A stretch of 64,000 nucleotides of DNA. Origin: Styela clava (taxonomy: Eukaryota). Below the pieces are notes generated by a model, which was not told where the DNA came from, did no database searches, and worked only from the letters and a program-made list of their open reading frames with translations. Below, piece after piece: positions 26,401 to 37,181 of this stretch. Position 1 is the stretch's first letter. Every line of letters begins with the position of its first letter. Both the position numbers and the translations under genes were made by a program. The DNA lies in NCBI RefSeq assembly GCF_964204865.1, contig NC_135253.1, forward strand, positions 17,422,001-17,486,000. The letters run 5' to 3'.

Positions 26401-28145
26401 TTCATTGCATGGTCGTTCGTCAACAGATTCTCCAACGCATAGATTCCCCCCACAAGATGACACAGGATTTTGTCCTCTTTTTCTCTGTTGTGTACCCCCT
26501 CCACAAAGTGCTGAACATGAGCTCCACTGTTGCCAATTCTGCCAAGCACAGTCTGTAGGACAGCATTGACTGTTGCACGGTTTTTCGTCATGTACACTTC
26601 CATTGCAAGGTTGTCCACCACATTGTGCCACTGATGCAAATCCCCGGTGTCTATCATTGATTCCACCGCCGCAACTTTGTGAGCATCCTTCCCATTCTCC
26701 CCATGCTGCCCAAGAGCAATTTACTGCACAGCATTGTTCGTTACAAGCCCGAGTTTCAACTGCCGGTCCAGAACAAGCTGCTCCGCCGCAAGAGGGTCCT
26801 GAATATCTCCGTGAACGAACCTGAGTACCGCCTCCACATTTTTCGGAGCAGGTAGACCAGGAATTCCAACTTCCCCATTTACAATTCACTGAAATCAACC
26901 ATTGGTAAATTTATAATGAACGTATGTGGATTAATTATAACTTTACATTTTCTTATGTTATGTGAACCAAGATGGCGGACACCGGAACGTAGTATGTGTA
27001 CCAGGTTATGGTTATGCCATAAGTTTATTCAAATTTTCCTTATTTTAGTTCTATTACGAGTTCGGGGACTAGAAAAGTGATTCTCGTAGTATCATATACT
27101 TCGGGAGTAGGTACCCTCAAACCTCGTAAGAGTGAGGAGCCGCAAAGTTTGTAGTTATGTTGTGACATACCGTAGCTACTGAATCTCAATATCCTGCACA
27201 AATCGAACGGAAATTCGGTATGTAATTGGTACATTTCAATATAAAATAGGGATTTTGTTTATCATTTTGGTCTTCATTAGTCTTTACCAAGTGGGCTACA
27301 CGCACCTGGGCAGCAGTTTGTGTTGCAGGGTTTCGCTTTTGGCATGTTACAACTTCCACATTGTCCCTGGTTTTGAGTTTTGACTGGATATCTTATTCCT
27401 CCTCCACAAGTTTTACTGCATGAACCCCATTTCCATTTACAAGGATTCGTTGGGCATCTTCGACGACGCCTTCGCCACCTACAAATAGAAGCAAAGTGAC
27501 TTGAGCTGCAGCAAGTACATCCAGGAATGTTGGTCAATCAAAAAAGTCGATTTTAATATAATTAAAGTCTAACAGTTAGAATGAATCTGGAGTTGGCACG
27601 TTGATATGAATTTTATTAAAACGAACGCTTTAATCATTGCAAAGCGAATAATTTGCAAAATTTTCGTCTCTTGTAATTCCAGACTAGAAATGCAATTTCT
27701 TGATTGATTGATGTACCTTAAAACTTAGTCACGGGCTGCTAAATAAAAAAAAAATTCATACTAGACGATCACAAAGGTATATGGAAAATTGTCTATTCGT
27801 TCAATCATAAAAGAATAAGGTTCAACTACCTAGAACTTTGAATATCATTTTGCGATTATGTATACATCGTGCTGGCTGCTTTTTTTAAAGACACAGTTTC
27901 TATATTATATTATCTTAATATGGAATATTTTGTATAAAAATAGAAGCTCTAAGCAATTTCGAATTTGTATATCTACATTGTGAAATTGTTAATATAGCTA
28001 AATATTGAATATTTCATAATTACGTATTTAAAATCAGATCAATCGAAACATCCCATCCCAATTGAATTGAATACAGCACTTACCATGAATTGCCACATGC
28101 TGCAAACAGGATAACGATGAACAAAACTATTCTTTTAGAAGCCAT
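20402..28145 (-). CDS. Secreted TSP1/EGF extracellular protein: signal peptide - WWRRRRRR - 8 TSP1 - 8 EGF (mostly calcium-binding type), no transmembrane segment
   Basis: Phase-consistent exons: 28084-28145 (MASKRIVLFIVILFAACGNSW), 27306-27478, 26078-26888, 25758-25951, ~25345-25490, ~24872-24971, ~24234-24352, ~24046-24168, 23573-23626, 22716-22859, 22296-22385, 21827-21940, ~21358-21471, ~20961-21074, ~20679-20803 and 20402-20442 (stop TGA). TSR motifs WxxWxxCSxxCGGG and cbEGF motifs D(I/V)(D/N)EC...C.N..GS(Y/F).C are present. Confidence 0.85.
22997..23368 (+). mobile_element. hAT Tip100-like MITE carrying a transposase N-terminal fragment
   Basis: TIRs CAGTGGCGTAGC / GCTACGCCACGG; perfect 8-bp TSD GGGATAGG; internal MSKAKPLSGAQKRKKK resembles the N-terminus of Tip100/ZMYM1-type transposases. 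Confidence 0.85.
26959..27112. mobile_element. Partial copy of the TTAGGG-containing MITE family
   Basis: TATGTGAACCAAGATGGCGGACACCGGAACGTAGTATGTGTACCAGG is shared with 2158-2392. Confidence 0.7.
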
Positions 28146-28199
28146 GATTCTTTTTTCGATACCAATAAGAATTAACTTGAAGGGCATTATCGTCTCATA

Positions 28200-28205
28200 T
28201 TTATA
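28200..28205 (-). promoter_or_regulatory. Candidate TATA box of the TSP1-EGF gene
   Basis: TATAAA on the minus strand about 55 bp upstream of the ATG at 28145; the AT-rich background weakens the call. Confidence 0.35.
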
Positions 28206-29299
28206 TTAACATTTTTTTCATGTTTTATTTTCTTTAGTTACTGCTCCATCCGTTTCAGGATACTCATCCGACATAACTATTGATCTCAATGCACAAAAAC
28301 AGGATCTTAGTCATAAGAAACATTGCCCAGAAAGGTGAAAAACCTTATCACCGCGACACGGCTTTATTTTTTCAAAAAGCAGTACATTTATTCTATTCAC
28401 GCTCGCGATTTTTCATGTCCATTATATTCATAACAATAAATCAGTTTTTGTTTGTGATGAGAATTCAGAATCCAAAAGCTTTGTAGTTATTTAATCAAAA
28501 GCGTGAGTAATTTGTAATGATGAAGTTGCAAATATGATAGAGTTTTGTTAACAACTAATGGTCTTAAAAATTGCTGCCTCGAGATAAAGCGACAGTTAAA
28601 GAAATTGGCCCGCTAGATTTTGGACTGGCTACCCTCTTGCCATAAGAGGGATCTTGGGAATATTTTGCGGGTTTCGTGGAGCGAGATTTTCTGAACCGTG
28701 GGGCAAATTAGCTTACCCACGTTTAAAAATTGTCGGGTACGATACGATCGTGTTCAACACTAAGGAATCACTTTTCGGGGATCGGTGAAGAATTAGGTTG
28801 AAGTCCCGATGCCCGATTTCTGTTATTTACAATTTTATTGTTATATTCAACAATATATTATTCACATATTTTCATATATTAACCAATATTATAAAGAAAT
28901 ATCCTATCACAATTGGGAATAACAATCTAGTGAACTGCCATATATATATATATTATACAAAAATAACAGCTTTCAGATTCGTAACAGAAAATCCACATAT
29001 TTTCCAGCAGGTGAAATATTATCAGTAGAAAAGACTGCGTGGTTAAGAAGCAAACTAAACAAGCATAACGAAAACAACCTCAGTTTGAAGCCATTTGTTT
29101 CTAAGGCTTCATAGCGTCATATCTTTCTATATTCACTAATTTTATGTTCATTCCTGGCGATTTGATTTGTTTGATTTTCATTCTTAGTCCTTTAACTGGT
29201 GATTCAAATATTTCTGAAAACAGTAATAATGAGATTAAAAAAAAATCATTCCGGTTTTTCATACTTCTATCCTTTTTTATTATTTTTGAATATTCTTGT

Positions 29300-32200
29300 T
29301 CACATTTGATGAATTTGATTTTCAACGGAAAACATGAAACATTTACTTTCATTTTGTCCTATTTCGTCCCAATTGACATTCTTCAGTAGAAATTTTCTGA
29401 ATGCATCCACAGAGCACTGGGTAGGAATGATACCAGGGCCTGCACATCGCAAGTCATTATCATAGTAGAGCGCGCACAAATCTCCGTTGCATGTTTTTGT
29501 CTGTGTGTAATAAAACATATCTCCATTGGGTATCAAATATAAGATTTTATCCAATACTACACTCTTGTTAGTTCATAACAGCGCAATTTAATATCAGAAT
29601 ATGAATGATATCCGAAATGCGGAAATTGATTTTATATACAAATCGTGACTCAGAAGCAACATATCGTTTATTCGAGTCATGAAACGTACCCATAGTTTTA
29701 ACTATTCTGTGATATATTTGAATAATTAGATACCAACAATAGCTTAATACTTTATTTGTCTTCTTTTTGCATACGTGTCACCCGTTTGCATGAAAAATTT
29801 TCGCGAGATAGTAAGATTTCTAAATGTATGTTGGCGATACTGTTGGTTCAATTTCATTTAATCTAGAATCTAGAATATCTCCCCATATGTTGCAAATCAG
29901 TTTACCTGATTTATAAAGACACTTCCACTCAATGTTCTTGTTGCATTTTTAAACGTCTTTGTTCGCATTTGAATACCTGGTGAACACGATGCTGAACACG
30001 GCGACCAGGAACTCCACATCAGATCTGGGCATAAATTAGCATTTGGAGCTTTAATGATCATTCAGAGCTAGATCACTGTATCAGCATGAGGGCAAATTTG
30101 TGCATACAACAAACGAATAATTACTGTTAGAAATAGCATGAATATAACCAGTCTGGGAAACGTGAAAAGTTTAACAAAACTGTCATTATAAAGCAATACC
30201 AAATAGTTTTATTTCATACTTCACTTATTGGGCTTTTGATTGTTTGTTATAGTTATGCCATTTTACTAAGGACATGTTCTTTGCACAAAATTTGCATCAG
30301 TGAAGTACCTGTTGAATTAATGAGAGCAGTAATGAAATGGGAAGAATTGTTACGTAGTGCACTGAAATCATGAAAGGTGAATACTCTGTCGTTTCCCGTG
30401 CCACCGTTTGCAATCGTTTGTAATTCGTCCAATATATAATTTCCAACTCCTATTGCAAACGCAGTAACTGTATCATTGTATTTATCATGCCTTTAACAAA
30501 GAATGAAATAATGGTTAATTTAGTGACATATGCATGTGTTAGTTCCACATGTTAAAAGCATTTTTAAATCTTTTATCAACCAGCCTTCAACTAAAACTAA
30601 CCGCGTTTATCTACCAACGCATATGACATTGTATCACGATTTGTGATAAATGTCTGAATTTATAAAATTCCTTGTCGTTTCCTCATCAAAAAATACCAAA
30701 GTGATGTATAAATTGAATCGATTTTCCACTGATGATTTGGCAAAATAAACTGCTTTACGTGGACTCATCTGTTTACTAAATCAATAGATGTCGAATATAT
30801 CAAGCAAAAATTCAGTAACATACCAGCTTTGAAGAAAAAATCCATCATGAGCTCTGCCATCAGTCACAAGAATCATTGCTTTCTTGGACGTAATATAACT
30901 TGGAGATTTAGAGAATTCCACCTGAAAAATAAAATGAAGAATAACTAGATAATCTACTCGTTTTATCAGTGTCACTGTTGTGTAACAATATTCCGATATA
31001 TTTATTATAAACGATAACGAAATATGTTTGAATCTTGAATACATTTGTTATATATTGTTATCATAGTATTACAGAGCTGGTGATGTTACGGCAAATCACA
31101 TGATAATAACATAGATGATTTCTACAAACTACTGTAACTAAAATCGTCTCCACATGTTAGTTAGAAACAAAATGTACTGCGTTTGCAATACGAAAATATT
31201 TCCATTTTACTGATACGTTTTATTCATCTATTACGAACCCATCTCACCTCCATTACTCTTCGTAATGCATAGTAGGTATACGTTCCCGAACTCAAGTATG
31301 ACATGTTCATAATTCTTGGTGAGAAACAGGATGCATTATTCACGCATTCTCCCAGCACAAATGGAATAACAAACTTATTTGAATCTCCAATAGAAACCCT
31401 AGGAATAATTCACCAAATCAAATCAGAACAAACTCGAACGTTATACGAAAATATTATTGTCATAAAAATCGATCAAAATTTATTCTGTACTCTCGTAGTA
31501 CGTGTACCAGGTTAGGGTTAGGCCATAATTTTATTCCGATTTTTCTAATTTTAGTTCTATTACAAGTTCGGGGACTGTCTGTGTTAGCCAAGTTAATATA
31601 ACCCTTCCTACCCATTGGTTTTAGTTCCTATACACAACTTGATGTAGAGTGGGCGAACAAGATTAGTTACCTCCATATTGTTACACACACCTCTGGAACG
31701 TCATTTTTTCTATATTATCTATATTATTTATTTAGGTATTTCAAATTGGCCACTATTTTTTACTATTTAGCAAATCAGTTATTTTAAGAGGTTTTAATTG
31801 CACTAGCTTATTACACGAGAGTGATATTATCTGATGTATGAATAAAAATAAAATAATGAAAGCACATATTACCCGGCCCCAGACGTATCCTTGTTCGAAT
31901 ATTGTAATACTTCGACATGTGCAGCGTCTTCAAAAGCTTCATATATGTTTACTGTTTGACTTACCAGCCATTGTTTTACTATTTCGAAGTTTTCAGGTCC
32001 GATAGACCCTGATCCATCAACTACAAAGATTATATCAAGCAATGCCTTTTTTTCAGCTAAAATATCAAAAAGATACCATAAAAATATGCTATAATTAATA
32101 TTGCTAGGTTTATTACATTTTTGTTAGTGGACTCAAATTTTTTTTTATAAATAATCCTAACGAGAGGTAGGTGATGATCGATGTGTTCAGATTTTTATTT

Positions 32201-32503
32201 ACTCTAAAACAATCATAATATCCAATTGTCATTCACTGTATTCAAAATAATAAGTATTCGATTGAAATTGTTGGATTGAATTTTCTCAAGAAAACAAAAT
32301 GATTCACAACGCTCTAATTATTTCATTGGTGGGACACACTCATTTAAAATGGGACAATATTGTTACATTCAGTATCTATATAAATTATGCAGTTGCATAT
32401 CAAAACAGTTTGTTTCAAGCTAATCTTAAACCTTACCATTTTGCTGCGTTGCCAATGATCCACCGATGAAAAAAAGGAATAAAAGTGCTTTGATGATGAG
32501 CAT
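29300..32503 (-). CDS. Secreted VWA (vWF-A, MIDAS) + TSP1 domain protein
   Basis: Exon 32437-32503 encodes signal peptide MLIIKALLFLFFIGGSLA. Exon ~31873-32056 gives LDIIFVVDGSGSIGPENF (DxSxS). Further exons: ~31248-31398, ~30824-30921 (MILVTDGRAHD), ~30309-30490 (AFAIGVG...ELQTIA) and ~29905-30048 (WSSWSPCSASCSPGIQMR, TSP1). The last exon runs from ~29500 downward (TKTCNGDLC...). The 3' end is uncertain. Confidence 0.75.
31486..31702. mobile_element. TTAGGG-containing MITE (reverse-orientation homolog of 49490-49698)
   Basis: GTGTACCAGGTTAGGGTTAGGCCATAATTTT and downstream sequence match the 49490 copy in reverse complement. Confidence 0.7.
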
Positions 32504-34305
32504 TGTTTACAAATTCTGACAAATAAGTACTTCAATGTGAAAAACACGTTTAAACAAAATCTTCTGTTATAAAAATTACGAAATATACTAAATAAGTCGG
32601 ATAAAAGAAAAAAAGATAAAATTTCAGTAGCAGAATTTTTGTTCTATAATGCTATCCAAACAACCATCTCCATATGTAAAATGTTTTTTCGGTGGCATGA
32701 CAAAAACCGTTGCCTTGGTGACAGAATATTTTAAAGTTTTAAATAGCTATAATATTGATATTTATATCACTTTGATGTATGAGAATTTAGCTAAAGATGT
32801 TTGAATATAACACGAGCCTCACTACACGCAAGAAATTGTTTATGTGCATTTTTTCACATACATATAATAATTAACATTTTAAATCGGCTATTTTCTCTCA
32901 ACTGCATATGTTGCGCATGAATACAACATCTTAGTTATTATTCTGCGTACTGAGTTCTTTCTAAACAGCGCCATATGAAATTTATTTAAAGTTTCCGGCT
33001 AATCAAAGCAGAATATGGTCGGCCTCATTAATTAACCTAAATAGTTCAGCTCATTTCCATTTTAAGTGCTTTACTTATACTGTGTTACTTTTCAGCATCC
33101 GCAATCGACAATAACCTTAATTTGTATATGAAAATGTAATAAATGTCTACTCAACGGTATTTGAATTAGACTTTTTTGCAGCAATCAATTATGTTATAAC
33201 TATCAATCGAATTGCAAAGTTCCAATTTCAAAGATGCCGATATGGGTTGCTCTACTAGGGTATTGTGTACTGAACTGCAAGTCCTTTCTCGTTGTTTACT
33301 TTCTACTTCGGAACCGTATGTGTCAGTTGCCACAAGGATGCTTGAAAGAGATATTATATATTATAAATTTTCAATTTCAACTCAATAATAATGTGTAATA
33401 ATACAGAACGTGTAACAGAAGTATCAATGGTCACTCCGACTTTGTTTAGTACCTGGGACTTGCTTTTGATATTTGACGCTCCATAATTTGAGCAAACATT
33501 AGAAAAAATATCTCTGATAAGAAGTATCTTAATTCCAATGGCGTATTTTCTCATCCTATTTCGTAACCTATTGACCGTCAGAATAAACAAGTGCAAAAAA
33601 CTTTTGAAACTATCATTTCGTTTGGCAAATACATATTGCTAAAGAATATGCCATACTAATCCCTACGTGATCTTATTTCGATTAAATGCGGAAATTGTTA
33701 CTCATGGTACTGCTTGCGTATATCAATTTTAATGCATATAGGTTTGTACGTCATTCCCATTTCAAAGTTAACACACATCAAATTACCTTAATATCGTTTA
33801 TATAATGAATTAATGTGGGTGGAGGAAATTCGTTGCTCGAATATTGCTGCAACAGTCAGTTCATTGATTACGGCATATCACTGTGGTCTGCTAATATTTT
33901 AAATATGCAGTATTATTAAAATCCTATAACATAGTTTTCAGCAAAGATTTAGCTTTTCTTCATTTCCATATTTCCTCATCAATATACGATACAAGAATAA
34001 ATGAGAAACAAATTGTGAATAGCCCGTACTCTTCAATGTTATGCCTGTAAATTATGACAGAAATGATTAATTAGTTTTTTCCAATGCAATGGATTACAAT
34101 TGATAGCGAAAAACTCTGTTTAAACAATCTGTCCGTTAGTATATCTGTCTATCCACTTGTGAAAAACATTTCTTAGCTTCCCTTGCATGTCCATTTCACG
34201 GTATGACATATGAGTTCCATAGAGTTAACCGAAAATATTATGCAAAATAATTTTAAGTTTTTCAAATTTCATATTCAAACATTTTCAGCATAATTTCCAA
34301 GTTTA

Positions 34306-34930
34306 TTATCGGACACGAAATGTACTTATGGATCGTTTTGTTGTTAGGTTGTTGTTGTTTTTGTTCGTGATGTCATTTTTCTTCTTGGTGTTTGTGTACA
34401 TGGTGGTGTTATCTTCGTGTTATGAAATACTTGCTTTTATCTGATTACTCGACCAATTTCTTTGACATTTCCATATTTAAAAATTGTTGTTGTCGCTAGA
34501 AGTCTAGAAGACGTTTTTCCATCTGAAGTTTTGTGTGGTGACGTCGACAAAATTAAAAATTAAAATTAATTGTCGCAATTCTGCGACCGACCGGAGAAAG
34601 TCGCCGGATCTCGTGTTTAGCGAAATTTGGATTTTTTAAAGGGAGACTCTAGATAGACTACGGTACCGGATCTGATAATACAGTGGGGACTCGGTTTTGG
34701 TAGACTATTTCAATTCACGTTGGAAGCATGAATCATGGTCATAAGACCTGGAAAATCTAGGACAGTCCCGAGTACCGTTACCGGTACTCTGTTACAGGTA
34801 GTGTTAAGTTACCGTATTGGTAGCTGTTCACAGTTCCAGCTTCGTTCAAGATCGCTATGTTTTCGGGAAATTGATGGTGAAATATGTGTTTTGGCTTTCG
34901 TGTCCATATGTTTGAGCATAGCTTTTCTGT
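34306..34930 (+). mobile_element. Helentron-associated (HINE-like) element
   Basis: Subterminal inverted repeat GGACACGAAA / TTTCGTGTCC, GTT microsatellite and 3' hairpin GAGCATAGCT; same architecture as 45399-45631. Confidence 0.55.
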
Positions 34931-34957
34931 ATTTACAGTCAACTGTTTTACACATTG

Positions 34958-35160
34958 AGATAGGATTTATATATTATATTTATCCCAGGAGAGAGCTTAA
35001 TAATATGGCGAACCAAGGCCTCTCGTCCGGTTATCAGTCCATTTCGGGTATGTGATTAGCTAGCCAGTCAACTGTTTCGGATGCATGAACCAGATGGTGG
35101 ATGAAGCCGCAACCGACTATCGCTTACGTGACCCACTTTACGGCGACGGGAGTCCAGGAA
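34958..35160 (-). mobile_element. SINE-like repeat (copy 1)
   Basis: Reverse-complement homolog of ~50677-50905, including the 3' TCCTAT tail. Confidence 0.6.
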
Positions 35161-35264
35161 TGACAGGGCAGCGTATGACACAGAACATTTGTGTGCCCAA
35201 ATCTGGCAGTATAATTTATCTGTAATGACAATAAGCGATCAAAATTGTTTGTAACCGTTAACCA

Positions 35265-35485
35265 CAACCTGTAACGCATTTTAAAAGTATTGGAGTTATG
35301 GTGAAATTCTACTTAAACATTCAACAACTGACGCTTTTCAACAGTAAATGCTATCAAAAAGTGTCAGTCGTTATGTATTTGAATTGCATTTTGCCGTAAG
35401 TTCAATACCGTTAAAAAATAGCAGTCATTAAATTTTTAAGTAGCATTCCGCCGAAACTTTAATACTATTAAAAAGCGTCAGGTAT
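35265..35485. repeat. Diverged inverted repeat (old MITE)
   Basis: ~35265-35330 pairs with ~35422-35485 (for example CTACTTAAA / TTTAAGTAG and AACCTG.AACGCATTTTAAAAGTATT / AATACTATTAAAAAGCGTCAGGT). Confidence 0.55.
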
Positions 35486-37181
35486 TGATTGTTATCTAGC
35501 ATATTTATGTTAAGTAATTGGACGGTTTTATAATTTGCGTTGATGGCTTTTGTAAAGTAAAGTATGTGCGTTATGTCGGGGATCTTGGAAGCACGTGTAA
35601 GTAGGAAATAGAGGAATATGATACGATAGGCATCAGTTGGAGCTGAGCGAGACTCACTATCTATCCTTCTGTTCTTTTTGCTCGTGGACCGCGTGTATTA
35701 CAATGTTACTGTACCAGGAATGGAGATGACTACACCCTAACTCATATAAACATTTATATCTCTCTATCACCCCTTGCGATAACCATCTTTACACTTGCTA
35801 CCATGATTTTTACATGATCTGTACGCGTATCCACCGACGAGTCTAAATTTTCGACACCAACTAGCAGTCCGCCATTTATAATAGGCTATAGTGATGATGG
35901 ATCCGTACTATAATGCAACGATGCTGTAGCAAAAAGAAACATGGTTAGTATGGTTACTCTATGTGATTCCGCAGTATTACTGCCTCGTATTTAACAAAGA
36001 CAGTTGGCATATGGCATACGTTGCGGTAATTGCTGCTTTCACTGAAGGTATTTCGCGAATAATTATTATCAATTTATACGATCTTATCGTCGATATTATT
36101 TTGTAACAGCATATTTTGCGCCACTGAGTCCATGTTCTCGGTTTTTCCATTAAAATTAGCATTTTTATGTGTCATTTCGGGGAGATGAAAGCCCTTGCAA
36201 TGCTTTATCACATAGCGAATCTCGTCACGCGCCCTGCTCCTAAAGTTGGGAAGCGATGGCACAACTAAATGGCTAAAGGCAGCATTTTGTTCGTTTATCA
36301 GTCCTAATTACATACGAGTATGGATGGATCAGCTAATCGGGATAGGACAGAATTCTCATTTTTATATATAAATTTTATGAAATGGTTTAATCATATGATC
36401 GCCTGTCTCTACTTTTTATATTGTTTTGTTTTATGTTAGTTGAAATAAATGTTTGATAGTTATCTCGCCGAGATACCAGTCCAGATTGTATATGCGGGAA
36501 TAGCAAAGTCGCTCGCACTCACTTAGAAGCCGAGAGGACTTAGGCCTTAGGCTATCTGTCATCGAAGTTACGACTGTCCACCGAATGGGGGAAAGTTAGT
36601 ATAGTAGTACGGTCGTACGGATGACCGTATTTGTTGGCCTGACTTTTCTTTCTAATCCTTTACAAATAAAAGCCACTTGATATTTGACTACGTAAAATAT
36701 AAACTTACCGATAGATTTCAAATATGTATATATATATATGTGCGAACGACTTTAGCACTCTCCACGTCCCAGTCAATCGCTCTTCTTATGGGACTTCCAC
36801 AATATTTTTGTCTTTATGTTGTCAGCGCATAGGGCAAACGAGTCGGGTATGGCTATGAGCGTCCATTTTGCTTTTAAATCCGTTGTTGTCACATCAGTTC
36901 AATCACTTGGCGACACCAGAGAGTGGATCGCCTAGGACCCTGTTGGCTATTTGGTAATGATAGACAGATTAATCTATCTGCAAATACGTACCGGAATTTG
37001 TATTACGAAATCAACGAATAAATTATTGGAACTCCCTGGATTATATGGTATGGAAATATTACATCAGATGGAATTATCTTGATGTTATTTATTAATGTAT
37101 ACGTTTGTTCACTATTGGTACCGGTACCGGTACACAATACTGCAATATGTCTTTATTTATAGGCTACCGGTACCTACGGTA

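Noticed and set aside
26037-26824. Overlapping ORFs (26037-26666 minus; 26169-26558 and 26573-26824 plus)
   Set aside because: Alternative-frame or antisense shadows of the Cys/Trp-rich TSP1 exon; no domain features of their own.
31510-31523. TTAGGG as a telomere or chromosome-fusion relic
   Set aside because: Only two units, embedded in a dispersed MITE family.
35574-35856. Possible solo LTR (TGTCG...CGACA)
   Set aside because: No target-site duplication and no second copy or internal retroelement sequence in the window; unresolved.
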